From positions 153-64,152 of the forward strand of contig CALZUY010000004.1 in assembly GCA_945829445.1 (NCBI GenBank): a stretch of DNA of 64,000 nt, read 5' to 3'. The position numbers and the translations under genes were made by a program. The stretch's first letter is position 1. Every line of letters starts with the position of its first letter. This DNA is from an uncultured Clostridia bacterium. GTDB lineage: Bacteria > Bacillota > Clostridia > Oscillospirales > Butyricicoccaceae. Shown one piece after another: positions 46,554-56,898 of the stretch. The notes beneath the pieces were generated by a model. It worked only from the letters and a program-made list of their open reading frames with translations. It ran no database searches and was not told the DNA's origin.

Positions 46554-48329
46554 ATGCCATTAGATGCTGTGTGTCTGCTGGCCACTGTACGCGAAATCAG
46601 CACGCGCATGGCCGGTGGTCGAATTGATAAAATTTATCAGCCGGAGCGCGATGAAATCGTGCTGTCTGTCCGGTTAATGCGCGGTGGCGTGAAGCTGCTG
46701 CTGTCTGTGGGTGCCGGTGCGCCCCGGATGCATTTTATTGAAACCGGACGGGAAAATCCCGCAGCTCCCCCGATGTTCTGCATGCTTCTGCGCAAGCACC
46801 TGCAGGGCGCAAAAATTGTCTCTGTCACCTCCCCTGACATGGAACGCATGGCAATTATTGAGTGCGACACAGTGGATGAGATGGGTGTGCCGAGCAAAAA
46901 ATATCTCGCTGTTGAGATGATGGGCAAGTATTCCAATATCATCCTGTACGGCGAGGACGGACGGATTCTGGACGCCATCAAGCGTGTCGACGGCGATACC
47001 TCCGGCAAACGGCAGGTTTTGCCCGGATTGTTTTACCGCATGCCGCCCCCGCAGGACAAGGTAAATCTGCTGGAAGTCTCTCAGGCAGGCATTGCGGCTG
47101 CAATCAAACATGCGGATGATGACACAGCGGCTGACCGCTGGCTGCTCAGCCATTTCAAGGGACTGTCTCCCCTGCTCTGCCGTGAGCTGGCATGCCGTGC
47201 CTGCGGGGAAACGGCAAAGCCAATGTGTGACCTGACGGATGGTGAACGCAGCAGTCTTGCGGATGTCCTCGCGGATTTCGTCCAGATGATTGAAGACAAC
47301 CGTATGAAACCGTATCTGCTGACCCATGCGGAAGATGGCAGTGTTTTCGATTTCACGGTTATGCCGATCACGCAATACGGCGATCTGATGCACAATCAGC
47401 AGGCGGACAGCTTTTCCCAGCTCCTTGCAGAGTTTTACGAGAAAAAGAGCAGCATGGAGCACATCCGCCGCCGTGCGCAAAATATGACGCATACCATTCA
47501 GAATGCGCGTGACCGCATGCGCCGCAAGCTGGCGGCACAGCGGCAGGAGCTGAGCCGCTCTCAGAACCGCGACAAATACAAGCGCCGCGGTGATCTGATT
47601 ACCGCGAATCTGTACCAGATTGAACCGGGTGCACGCAAGGTGCGTGTCATCGATTATTATGATCCGGCATGCCCGGAGGTGGAACTGGATCTGGATATCC
47701 GCCTCTCCCCCCAGCAGAACGCACAAAAGCAGTTCAAGCTGTATACCAAGGCGAAAAATGCCGAGGAAAAGCTGACCGAACAGATTGCACAGGGCGAACA
47801 GGAACTGGCTTATCTGGACAGTGTTCTGGAATCCATTTCAGAAGCGGAAAATCTCACCGATCTCGCACAGATCAATGAGGAACTTGTGAATACAGGCTAT
47901 CTTTCCGCCAAGCAGGATAAGAAAAAGCGCCGCCGTGCCAAGCCGGTACAGGGCAAGCCATTCCATTATAAGACAAGCGATGGCTTTGATGTGTTTGCAG
48001 GTAAGAACAACACACAGAATGATTTGCTGACGCTGAAAACCGCATTTAAGAGCGACATGTGGTTTCACACGCAGAAAATTCACGGTTCACATGTCATTTT
48101 GGTCTGTGACGGGCGTGATCCGACCAATGAAGCGATGACAGAAGCGGCTGAAATTGCCGCGTGGCATTCGCAGGCACGCGGTTCCGCACAGATTCCTGTG
48201 GACTATTCCCAGGTGCGCAACATCAAAAAACCAAACGGTGCCAAGCCCGGCATGGTCATTTATCATGTCTATCAGACGGCTTTTGTCACGCCGGATGAAA
48301 AGAAAATCGAAAAAATGCGTATCGAATGA
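46554..48329 (+). CDS. rqcH: NFACT/Rqc2 ribosome quality-control factor (FbpA-like)
   Basis: MPLDA, PPMFCMLLRKHL, EMMGKYSN, NAQK.FK.Y.K, GKNN.QND.L, HTQKIHGSHV. Confidence 0.93.
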   Translation: MPLDAVCLLATVREISTRMAGGRIDKIYQPERDEIVLSVRLMRGGVKLLLSVGAGAPRMHFIETGRENPAAPPMFCMLLRKHLQGAKIVSVTSPDMERMAIIECDTVDEMGVPSKKYLAVEMMGKYSNIILYGEDGRILDAIKRVDGDTSGKRQVLPGLFYRMPPPQDKVNLLEVSQAGIAAAIKHADDDTAADRWLLSHFKGLSPLLCRELACRACGETAKPMCDLTDGERSSLADVLADFVQMIEDNRMKPYLLTHAEDGSVFDFTVMPITQYGDLMHNQQADSFSQLLAEFYEKKSSMEHIRRRAQNMTHTIQNARDRMRRKLAAQRQELSRSQNRDKYKRRGDLITANLYQIEPGARKVRVIDYYDPACPEVELDLDIRLSPQQNAQKQFKLYTKAKNAEEKLTEQIAQGEQELAYLDSVLESISEAENLTDLAQINEELVNTGYLSAKQDKKKRRRAKPVQGKPFHYKTSDGFDVFAGKNNTQNDLLTLKTAFKSDMWFHTQKIHGSHVILVCDGRDPTNEAMTEAAEIAAWHSQARGSAQIPVDYSQVRNIKKPNGAKPGMVIYHVYQTAFVTPDEKKIEKMRIE

Positions 48330-48338
48330 GAAAATATC

Positions 48339-48367
48339 TTGTCGTTTGTGCCATTCTATGGCATAAT
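48339..48367 (+). promoter_or_regulatory. sigmaA-type promoter of guaA
   Basis: TTGTCG-17-CATAAT with TG extension. Confidence 0.5.
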
Positions 48368-48442
48368 TAAAAGAATAAATCTTTTTCAGGCATAATGCGC
48401 ATGCACATGCCAGTTCACGAAAGAAAAAAGGAGTATATTCGG

Positions 48443-49984
48443 ATGAACAATCATCAGTATGTTCTGATTATCGACTTCGGCGGACAGTACAATCAGCTGA
48501 TTGCCCGCCGTGTGCGCGAAAACAATGTATATTGTGAGGTCAAGCCATATACAACTCCGCTGGAGGAATTAAAGGCGCTGAACCCGATCGGTATTATCTT
48601 TACCGGAGGACCGAACAGCGTGTATCTGGAGGAATCTCCCCATATTTCCAAGGAGATTTTTGAATGGGGTGTTCCGGTTCTTGGTATCTGCTATGGCTGC
48701 CAGCTGATGGCATATACACTGGGCGGCGAAGTCACACCGGCACAGGATGATTCTGCCCGTGAATACGGCAAAACCAAGACCTATTACAATACCGACTGCA
48801 AGCTGTTCCAGGGCCTGCCGGAAGAGGGCATCTCCTGGATGAGCCACAGCGATTATATGGCACGTGTACCGGAAGGCTTTGCACTGGTTGCACATTCCGA
48901 TGCCTGCCCGAACGTTGCAATTGCTGACGAATCGCGCGGCTTCTATGGCGTACAGTACCATCCGGAGGTCAATCACACCGAGCATGGCCAGGATATGCTG
49001 CATAACTTCCTGTACAATGTCTGCGGTGCAGTCGGTGACTGGACAATGGAGGATTACTGCAAAACCGCAATTGCCGCTGTCCGCGAGCAGGTCGGTGACG
49101 GCAAGGTGCTGCTTGGCCTGTCCGGTGGTGTTGATTCCTCTGTTGCAGCAGCTCTGCTGGCAGAAGCGGTCGGCAACCAGCTGACCTGTGTCTTTGTTGA
49201 CCACGGTCTGATGCGTAAGAACGAAGGCGATGAAGTTGAAGCTGCCTTCAAAAAGTGGGATATCAACTTTGTACGCGCGGATGCAGAACAGCGATTCCTC
49301 GACAAGCTGGCTGGAGTCACTGAGCCGGAGAAAAAGCGCAAGATTATTGGCGCAGAATTTATCCGTGTCTTTGAGGAAGAATCCAGCAAGGTCGGCCAGG
49401 TGGATTTCCTGGTACAGGGCACGATCTATCCGGATGTCATTGAATCCGGCAAGGGCGATGCAGCTGTCATCAAGAGCCATCATAATGTCGGCGGCCTGCC
49501 GGACGATGTACAGTTCCAGATCATTGAACCGCTCCGCATGCTGTTCAAGGATGAAGTCCGCCAGCTTGGCCGTGAGCTTGGCCTGCCGGAATATCTTGTC
49601 ATGCGCCAGCCGTTCCCGGGTCCGGGTCTTGCAATCCGCATCATCGGTGAAATCACCAAGGAAAAAGCAGATATTCTGCGCGATGCAGACGCTATTTTCC
49701 GCGAGGAAATTTCCAATGCCGGCTTGCAGTATTCGATCAACCAGTATTTTGCTGTACTGACCAACATGCGTTCGGTCGGCGTTATGGGTGATGCGAGAAC
49801 CTACGACTATACGCTTGCGCTGCGCGGCGTCACGACGACAGACTTCATGACTGCCGACTGGGCGAGAATTCCGTACGAGGTTCTGGACAAGGCATCGAGC
49901 CGTATTGTCAACGAAGTTGCCGGTATCAACCGTATTGTCTATGATATCACTTCCAAGCCGCCCGCAACAATCGAGTGGGAATAA
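48443..49984 (+). CDS. guaA: GMP synthase (glutamine-hydrolysing)
   Basis: [40 protein letters not shown]. Confidence 0.98.
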   Translation: MNNHQYVLIIDFGGQYNQLIARRVRENNVYCEVKPYTTPLEELKALNPIGIIFTGGPNSVYLEESPHISKEIFEWGVPVLGICYGCQLMAYTLGGEVTPAQDDSAREYGKTKTYYNTDCKLFQGLPEEGISWMSHSDYMARVPEGFALVAHSDACPNVAIADESRGFYGVQYHPEVNHTEHGQDMLHNFLYNVCGAVGDWTMEDYCKTAIAAVREQVGDGKVLLGLSGGVDSSVAAALLAEAVGNQLTCVFVDHGLMRKNEGDEVEAAFKKWDINFVRADAEQRFLDKLAGVTEPEKKRKIIGAEFIRVFEEESSKVGQVDFLVQGTIYPDVIESGKGDAAVIKSHHNVGGLPDDVQFQIIEPLRMLFKDEVRQLGRELGLPEYLVMRQPFPGPGLAIRIIGEITKEKADILRDADAIFREEISNAGLQYSINQYFAVLTNMRSVGVMGDARTYDYTLALRGVTTTDFMTADWARIPYEVLDKASSRIVNEVAGINRIVYDITSKPPATIEWE

Positions 49985-50250
49985 TTTCAAGATTAAATTC
50001 ATTGATAAATAAGTTATAAAATAACCCTATTTCGTTAGAACTCAGTTGTTTCAAACGGAATAGGGTTAAATTTTTTTGCTACACAAAAACTGGTGCAGCA
50101 AAAACGTAGCACTTTTTTGATTTATAACGATATCTATAATCCAACGATGAAAGCAATTTATCGTCGTTGAAATAAATTCGTACATTTTTATCCACTTCGA
50201 CTTTGGACAAAATAATTGTCCAAAACACTGGGTTGCATCACTTCTGCCCC

Positions 50251-50278
50251 AAAAGGGTACGCCATTTCGGCGTACCCT
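50251..50278 (-). terminator. Terminator of the leftward accessory operon
   Basis: AGGGTACGCC/GGCGTACCCT stem then T4 on minus strand. Confidence 0.7.
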
Positions 50279-50302
50279 CTGGTTCATGTGACTGAGCTTT
50301 AA

Positions 50303-50527
50303 TTATGTTGCATAGAATTCGTCCACCGCCGCAAAGAATGCGTCGATGTTGTCCCAGCTGGACATCGGCGGGATATCGCAGCCGGAGGAAATGACAAAAT
50401 TCGGATGGGAGCAGATCTTCTTCATGACATCCAGCGTTGCCCTGCGGACAGACTCCGGCGTACCATTGCAGAACTCTCCTGCCGGATCGACATTGCCCAT
50501 GCAGATGGTATCTGCCGGAACATTGTT
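50303..50527 (-). pseudogene. C-terminal fragment of URO-D / MtaA-CmuA-type methyltransferase
   Basis: VPADTICMGNVDP...GTPESVR...NFVISSGCDIPP....NIDAF; in-frame stop directly upstream (50528-50530), no RBS. Confidence 0.8.
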
Positions 50528-50535
50528 CTACACGG

Positions 50536-51708
50536 TCATGCGCTCAGATTATTCGCACGGTATTTCCCCGGCGGCATGCCAACATATTGCTTGAAGATGC
50601 GGGTAAAATAGCTCTGATCGTTTAAACCAACGGCACTGGCAATCTGAGACAGCGTCATATTGGTACAATACAGATATGCCTTACTGCGTTCTACCCGAAG
50701 GCGGTTGGTATATTCTGTAAACGTATATCCCAACTCGTCCTTCATTATATGGCACAGATAGGACTTTGACACATATACTTTACCTGCCACCTCATCAAGC
50801 GTCAGCTTTTCAGACAGATGCTCCTGAATATACGAAGACACTTGTCGGATAATATTCTGATGCTTGGCATCGTTGAAATCAAAGACCAGATCAAAGAACC
50901 GATGCAGCATATTGCCAAGCCAGACGTCCAGCGCGTCAAAGTCTGTCAGCTGGTCGATCTCCGCGACGCTGCGGTCACACAGAGACAGCACTGCGTTGAC
51001 ATCCGCGCCGCTGTCCGCTGCCGCGCGGGACATCAGCGTAATCAGTTCCCGGAACCGGCGTTTCAGTGCCTGCAGATCGTTGCCGCTGGTCATGTACAGC
51101 TCCAGCATCAGGATATTCAACGACTGCTGTGCTTCTTTTTTGTTTCCCGAACGAATCAGCTGCTGAAGACGGCGTTCTTCGTCAATCGGATAGCTGGTCG
51201 GCAGGTCATCCGGCTGCGCCACAGCAATCATGGTGCGCAGTGCTTCCTCGTCGATCGCCACCATCATTTGCCCGCCGGTCAGATATCCGTACATTGCGCG
51301 CACGACCTCGCCCAATGACCGGGCTTTTTCCCGTGTAAACAACGGAATGTCCTCCGGATTGCCCTGCTCCAGCGACGTGTCCTTCCGTATCTTTCCTGGT
51401 TCATCCAGAAGGAACGGCCCGATGATCATACCGTACTCTTCGGCATATCCCGCCGGGTGGAGCGACGTTGCAATAAAGTGATAGCCCCGCGGGCAGTGAT
51501 ACCGATACTGTCCGCTCCAGCGCGCTGCTTTCTTACAGCAGGTGCAGTGCATCTCTGCTGCCGTGCAGCAGCCGTCTTTCAGCCGGCAGCTGCTGCGGAA
51601 CGGTGCGCGGACAAAACTCTTCTGCTCCAGATACATCAACGCGCAGTGCACGCCGGTCAGCTGCTGGATATATTCACTGAACTGAACGGTCTGTTCCTGA
51701 AATCCCAT
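50536..51708 (-). CDS. AraC-family regulator with N-terminal PocR-like sensor domain
   Basis: YRYHCPRG...IIGPFL sensor motif; C-terminal LTLDEVA..VYVSKSY..., DQSYFTRIFK..G..PGKYR. Confidence 0.88.
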   Translation of the reverse strand: MGFQEQTVQFSEYIQQLTGVHCALMYLEQKSFVRAPFRSSCRLKDGCCTAAEMHCTCCKKAARWSGQYRYHCPRGYHFIATSLHPAGYAEEYGMIIGPFLLDEPGKIRKDTSLEQGNPEDIPLFTREKARSLGEVVRAMYGYLTGGQMMVAIDEEALRTMIAVAQPDDLPTSYPIDEERRLQQLIRSGNKKEAQQSLNILMLELYMTSGNDLQALKRRFRELITLMSRAAADSGADVNAVLSLCDRSVAEIDQLTDFDALDVWLGNMLHRFFDLVFDFNDAKHQNIIRQVSSYIQEHLSEKLTLDEVAGKVYVSKSYLCHIMKDELGYTFTEYTNRLRVERSKAYLYCTNMTLSQIASAVGLNDQSYFTRIFKQYVGMPPGKYRANNLSA

Positions 51709-51812
51709 CGTCTGCCTCCCATTCTTCCGCACAACACATTTCATTATTATGATGTTGCCATCCCTTCGGGCTGGCTGCGTTCCTGCCTGGCCGAAGCGCG
51801 AAGACAGTCGAA

Positions 51813-53123
51813 TCAGCCGTAGACCTTGCCGATACATTCACGGCACAGATCTGTCCATTTGCGGAACCGACCCGGATCGCCCTGAATGGTATGGGTGTCT
51901 TTCAGAATAATTTCAAACGGCGTGCCCTTGCCGTCCGTCATCAGTTTGCTGGTGTACTTGCGCATGAAGTCCTCATCCCAGCCGCTGGTCACATAGGACG
52001 GATTGGGCTTGCAGGAGAAGATATAATTCATTCCCATCTGATCGCGCATGGATCTCACATCTGCCCACGGGGAAACAGAGATGCGGCGCAGGTTGCTGAT
52101 CTTGGTAACGTCCTGCAGCTTGTTCTCCAGATTATCGCAGCAGCCATAGGACGACAGGCCGAACTTCTCCAGCAGTCTCTTCTCATAATCAATTGCGTAT
52201 TCCTTCGTCATCTCCGGGGATACCGAGATGAACTCCTGTGATTCTGCCGACGCCCACAGATTCTTGAAGGTCAGCTTTTCACCCGGCTTTGGCAGCTCCA
52301 GATCGTTGGTATAGCCGAAGCCGCCAGTTCCGCTGTACTGACAGGTGTTGTTCAGGTCGAGCAGCCCCATATCCAGCAGCTGCTGATACAGATTCAGATA
52401 GCCTTCTTCCAGAATTCCGCACAGCTTATGCATCTCTTCCGGATAATCGTACAGATCGTACAGCGCATTCTCATAGCCGCGAACCTTGGTATATGTCTCC
52501 ATCCAGGAAAAGCCGATGAAGGTGGTGCCGGTCCAGTGGCAGTCCAGAATATCGCCCAGCAGTTCCTGATGAATTTCCCATTTGCATTCGGATCCTTCCT
52601 TGTCGTAGATGACTTTCGGCGGAATCAGCTTGTATATCTGATCGATGTCATCCAGATCGTCAATCAGCGGATTGAATTCTGCGGCGGTCGTGTCAAACTG
52701 GTATCCGGGTCTCCAGGACGGGTTGACCTCTGAAATCATTGGAATGTGAACCCACTCGTTCGTAAATGCATTGCGCGCCGACTGGCCTTCCATCGTCCAG
52801 CCGGTGTTGCCAATTATTTTGAGGCAGTCCCAGCGCATCTCAGCCGGTACATCGTCGTGGATGAGTTCCGCACGGGCAATGCGGGCGCGCAGCGTCCATT
52901 CGATCTCACGCAGCATCTCATCTTCACATACCAGCGTCTCCGGCGGAACGATTTCGCGCCAGGCACCTTCCGGCGAGCAGTTGATGACCGGCTGATCGGT
53001 CTTTAAATCGTTGTGAGCATACCATAGCTTGCGGCGCTCTTCCATAATTGGCTGATTGGCCAGTTCAGCCACCTTCTTGGCCAGTTCGCGGATGGCCTGC
53101 CGTTCATTGTCCTTGATGGTCAT
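51813..53123 (-). CDS. Uroporphyrinogen-decarboxylase-like TIM-barrel protein (function unknown)
   Basis: RGYENALYDLYD.PE, ESQEF..VSPEM..EY, YGCCD, RISVSPWAD, KPNP, LKDTHT. Confidence 0.7.
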   Translation of the reverse strand: MTIKDNERQAIRELAKKVAELANQPIMEERRKLWYAHNDLKTDQPVINCSPEGAWREIVPPETLVCEDEMLREIEWTLRARIARAELIHDDVPAEMRWDCLKIIGNTGWTMEGQSARNAFTNEWVHIPMISEVNPSWRPGYQFDTTAAEFNPLIDDLDDIDQIYKLIPPKVIYDKEGSECKWEIHQELLGDILDCHWTGTTFIGFSWMETYTKVRGYENALYDLYDYPEEMHKLCGILEEGYLNLYQQLLDMGLLDLNNTCQYSGTGGFGYTNDLELPKPGEKLTFKNLWASAESQEFISVSPEMTKEYAIDYEKRLLEKFGLSSYGCCDNLENKLQDVTKISNLRRISVSPWADVRSMRDQMGMNYIFSCKPNPSYVTSGWDEDFMRKYTSKLMTDGKGTPFEIILKDTHTIQGDPGRFRKWTDLCRECIGKVYG

Positions 53124-53231
53124 ACTTCATTCTCCTTTCATACATTGTTGGTTTCTGTTTGTTTTTCTTTCAGCAACACCGCACAATCAAATCGGCGGCG
53201 CTTTGACACAGTTATAATTCCCTTTTACATT

Positions 53232-53390
53232 GCGTAACCGATTACGCTTGTGATTATAACAAAGCAAAACCCGAATGTCAACACTGATATTTGCATTAAA
53301 CCGGCAATAATATTTAATAAATCGGCATTATTAAAGCTAATATACTCTGTAAATTTTTCATATTTCCATTCATTGCGTAAACGATTATAC
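53232..53390 (-). promoter_or_regulatory. Consensus sigmaA promoter with two LacI/CcpA-type operators
   Basis: TTGACA-17-TATAAT (53253-53281); GCGTAACCGATTACGC (53232-53247) over the start site; GCGTAAACGATTATAC (53375-53390). Confidence 0.75.
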
Positions 53391-53498
53391 ATGATTTGAT
53401 CATTCTCGTTGTATTTTCAAAGTTGACTGCATTATTGGATGGCTGTGCTCCCCTAATAAAATTTCTCTCAGCGCACATACTGTTCCTGAGGTGATTTT

Positions 53499-53768
53499 AT
53501 GGCAAAGCAAGGCATGAAGCGTCCGGAACGGACGCATACCCAGCCCAGAAACGAGGTTGCTCCTGTGCCGGAATTGCAGGGAAAGGCCAAAACCGGAAAG
53601 AGCAAAGCTAATCCGATTATTTCAGGAACAGTTTCGCCCTCGCAGAAGGTATTCCACTCACATCCACACACGATGGAAAAGCCAATCTCTGATATTTATT
53701 CCGTGATAGACAACGATCTGGCAAGGGATAATCTGGAAAATGATATTCCGGAGCCAGACCTTCCGTGA
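53499..53768 (+). CDS. Small hypothetical protein
   Basis: GAGGTG RBS; MAKQGMKRPE...; shared terminator downstream. Confidence 0.7.
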   Translation: MAKQGMKRPERTHTQPRNEVAPVPELQGKAKTGKSKANPIISGTVSPSQKVFHSHPHTMEKPISDIYSVIDNDLARDNLENDIPEPDLP

Positions 53769-53805
53769 CGGGATTGTTCTTTAGCATTCTTCTGAAATTC
53801 CCCTG

Positions 53806-53851
53806 ACAAAAACCAGACCTTGAGATGATTCTTCATCTCAAGGTCTTTTGT
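53806..53851. terminator. Bidirectional terminator
   Basis: AGACCTTGAGATG/CATCTCAAGGTCT with T-runs on both sides. Confidence 0.82.
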
Positions 53852-53876
53852 CACAATATCAGAACACATCCCGGCT

Positions 53877-54386
53877 TCAGACTGTATTGTCTGATATACT
53901 GACCGCTTCCATGGCAACACTTCCCCCGCGGACAATTTCCAGACGATTGGGATAATGATTTTCCAGCAGCCGGATCAAATCGTTGTTCTTCTGTTCGGGC
54001 TGAACGCATTCAAGCAATGCAGCTTCTGCATCATAATCAATCAGTTTGGCGTTGAAAATCTCCCGGATATAATTCAGCCTTGTCATGTCCTGTTCCGAGC
54101 ATGTGTGAATCTTTACAAACATCAATTCTTTCATATGAATTGGCGTATCGGTAAGATCGATTACTTTGACCACTTCGACACAGCGGTTGAGCTGCTTTTT
54201 GACCTGTTCAAAGGTCTGGTCATCACTTGTCAGACTGATTGTCATCCGTGAGAGCGTCGCATCTTCCGTAACCCCTACGGTCAGGCTGTCCAGATTATAG
54301 GATTTGCTGGAAAACAGGCCGGAAACGCGGGCAAGGACACCAATTTCATTTTCAACGAATAAACTCAGCCATCTTTTTTTAACCAT
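53877..54386 (-). CDS. ilvN: Acetolactate synthase regulatory subunit (ACT domain)
   Basis: LSLFVENEIGVLARVSGLF..YNLDSLTVG, KQLNR..EVVKV, KELMFVKI. Confidence 0.88.
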   Translation of the reverse strand: MVKKRWLSLFVENEIGVLARVSGLFSSKSYNLDSLTVGVTEDATLSRMTISLTSDDQTFEQVKKQLNRCVEVVKVIDLTDTPIHMKELMFVKIHTCSEQDMTRLNYIREIFNAKLIDYDAEAALLECVQPEQKNNDLIRLLENHYPNRLEIVRGGSVAMEAVSISDNTV

Positions 54387-56121
54387 TGTCAGCATCTCCC
54401 AGAATCATATCAGACAGTGAATTTCCCGGCGGCACAATGGGAAGAACATTTTCTTCCCGTTCAATCACAAATTCAATGACAGTTGGAACTTTTTCTGTAT
54501 TTTTTGCTTCCTGTAAGGCATGCCTGATTTCCTCCGCACGCCGGACGCGGATTCCCTTTGCACCATAGCTTTCTGCCAGCCGGATAAAGTCCGGTGTATA
54601 TGCCGGGCAACACTCCGATGGTTTGTTACAGGTTACAGGGCAGCCTTTCCGATACCGCAGACATGTGCTGGAATACCGTTTATGAAAGAACATTTCCTGC
54701 CACTGGCGCACGTTTCCCAGATATCCATTGTTGAATATGCAGATGACAACAGGCAATTCATATACAACTGCGGTCGCCAGTTCCTGAATATTCATTTGAA
54801 TGCCGCCGTCACCGCAAATGGCAATGACATTCTTGTCCGGATTGCCCAGCTTTGCGCCGAGCGCTGCCGGGAATCCATATCCCATTGTCCCAAGCCCGCC
54901 GGAGGTAAGCATTTGTTTTTGATCGGTCAATTCGAGAAATTGAGTGGCCCATAACTGGTTTTGCCCGACATCCGTGGCAATAATCGCCTGTTCAAATACC
55001 TGATTGATCTCCTGGATAATGTTCAGTGGCGTCACTCCGGCTGCACTGCTTTGCATGGGAATCAGCGGGTGCATCTGTTTCCATGTATCAATTTGCTTTT
55101 GCCAGTCCGCAAAGTCATATTCCGCTGTCCGTTCCAGCAGAGCGGCAATGGCATTTTTGGCATCTGCGACAATCGGAATGTCGACAGCAATATTTCGCGA
55201 GATGGATGCGGGATCAATGTCCACATGGATAATGGTCGCGTCCTTTGCAAACTCGTTTACCTTTCCTGTGATGCGGTCATTGAATCGCACGCCGATGGAA
55301 AACAATACGTCACATTCACTGATCGCCGTGTTGGCCGCATAGCTGCCATGGATGCCCAGATTGCCGACATACAAGGGATGGTTGGTCGGAATCGCACCCT
55401 TTCCCATGATTGTTGTGATGACGGGTATGCCTGTTTTTTCTGCGAGCCGGGTCATTTCGCGATTTGCATGGGCGATATTTACACCACCGCCCAGAAGAAA
55501 CACAGGCCGTTTTGCAGTTTTCAGACATTCCAACGCTTTTTTTAACTGCCCCACATGTACGCTTGTATTGGGCTTATATCCCCGCACGTCAACCTGTGCG
55601 GGATAATCCCCGCTTCCCATTGCCTGCTGAATATCCTTCGGCAAATCAACAACGACCACACCCGGTTTGCCCGAACGGGCAATGTAAAATGCTTTTTTGA
55701 TGATCGTGGCAAGATCCTCACGCCTGCGCACTGTGACTGCATATTTGCAAATGCTCCGTGTAATGCCAACGATATCTACCTCCTGAAAGGCATCATTGCC
55801 GATCAGATGCGTTGGCACCTGTCCGGTAAAACAGACAAGCGGCACACTGTCATAATTTGCCGTGGCAATTCCTGTGGCAAGATTGGTAGCTCCGGGACCG
55901 CTGGTCACCAGACAAACGCCCACTTTTCCCGTGGAGCGCGCGTAACCGTCCGCCGCGTGAATCAGGCCTTGTTCGTGGCGCGGGAGAACAACCCGGATTT
56001 CCTCAACACCATATAATGCGTCAAACAAATCAATTGCCTGCCCGCCGGGGTAAGCAAACAGCGTGTCAACCTGTTCTTCCAGCAATGCGCGGACAACCAA
56101 TTCCGCTCCTGTGATCTGCAT
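54379..56121 (-). CDS. ilvB: Acetolactate synthase large subunit
   Basis: RHEQG..HAADGYAR, TSGPGATN, FQEVD, DVGQNQ, SGGLGTMGYG, GDGG..MN; start trimmed to ATG 56121. Confidence 0.95.
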   Translation of the reverse strand: MQITGAELVVRALLEEQVDTLFAYPGGQAIDLFDALYGVEEIRVVLPRHEQGLIHAADGYARSTGKVGVCLVTSGPGATNLATGIATANYDSVPLVCFTGQVPTHLIGNDAFQEVDIVGITRSICKYAVTVRRREDLATIIKKAFYIARSGKPGVVVVDLPKDIQQAMGSGDYPAQVDVRGYKPNTSVHVGQLKKALECLKTAKRPVFLLGGGVNIAHANREMTRLAEKTGIPVITTIMGKGAIPTNHPLYVGNLGIHGSYAANTAISECDVLFSIGVRFNDRITGKVNEFAKDATIIHVDIDPASISRNIAVDIPIVADAKNAIAALLERTAEYDFADWQKQIDTWKQMHPLIPMQSSAAGVTPLNIIQEINQVFEQAIIATDVGQNQLWATQFLELTDQKQMLTSGGLGTMGYGFPAALGAKLGNPDKNVIAICGDGGIQMNIQELATAVVYELPVVICIFNNGYLGNVRQWQEMFFHKRYSSTCLRYRKGCPVTCNKPSECCPAYTPDFIRLAESYGAKGIRVRRAEEIRHALQEAKNTEKVPTVIEFVIEREENVLPIVPPGNSLSDMILGDADNG

Positions 56122-56210
56122 AGAAACAATCCCTCCTCGATGTATGCATGTACTTGCTTGCATAAAGAGCTTTTTGATGCGGTACCGCCGGATGACAGTA
56201 CCGCACCGTT

Positions 56211-56792
56211 TTATTCCTGATAAGGTATTCCGTTGATAAATGTCTGTACTGACTGCCGGATATACTCCTCCCTGCTGATTTGGGAAAGATGATCCTCGAA
56301 TGAGGCACTCAGGAAAGTATATCCAAACGTACTGGAAAAGATCGTCATGGCAAGGCATTCAAAGTCCAGATGCGGGAGCTTGCCGCGCTGTTCCATCCCC
56401 TTAAAATATTCGATCAGAGAGGAAAGAAATGCCTGAGGAACCTTCATCACAAGAGGCGCTGTCTCCTCATAAATCTGCGGTGCCCGAAGGCCGATGGACA
56501 GCCGGACAAAATCCGGCGTCATGCGCTTCATGTATTCGGTCATAAACATTTCCAGATCCGCAGCCAGATCCCATTTGATATTCTGAAAGACATCCGGTGT
56601 GAGATTGCCGCGCCATTTTTCCTGTTCCATGCCGTTCAGTACAATATCTTTTTTGCTCTTGAACTTGCGAAACAGCGTACATTCATTCACGCCTGCCAAC
56701 TTTGCAATATCCTTTGTCGTCATGGCGACGTATCCCTTATCTCTCACAAGGGACATCGTTGCATCTATGATTTTCTGACTGGTTTCATCCAC
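56211..56792 (-). CDS. TetR/AcrR family regulator
   Basis: GYVAMTTKDIAKLAGVNECTLFRKFKSK; palindrome AAGTGTTCACTT at 56819-56830 upstream. Confidence 0.9.
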   Translation of the reverse strand: MDETSQKIIDATMSLVRDKGYVAMTTKDIAKLAGVNECTLFRKFKSKKDIVLNGMEQEKWRGNLTPDVFQNIKWDLAADLEMFMTEYMKRMTPDFVRLSIGLRAPQIYEETAPLVMKVPQAFLSSLIEYFKGMEQRGKLPHLDFECLAMTIFSSTFGYTFLSASFEDHLSQISREEYIRQSVQTFINGIPYQE

Positions 56793-56898
56793 ACCAATGC
56801 CCCTCCGTCCTGAAATGCAAGTGTTCACTTTCATTATATGGATGCTTCAGCGCATTGTCAAGGGGGATTGTCTGAGCTGGATCGCATGAACGCAAAAC

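Noticed and set aside
48330-48442. Purine riboswitch expected before guaA
   Set aside because: The leader is short and lacks purine-aptamer signatures
53170-53195. Weak resemblance (ccgcacaatc) to the guaA 3' end as a second att site
   Set aside because: About 10 nt of imperfect match, expected by chance
56179-56189. GGCGGTACCGC upstream of ilvB, resembling a T-box
   Set aside because: Only ~90 nt between tetR and ilvB, with no stem I or terminator; it is one arm of a simple hairpin
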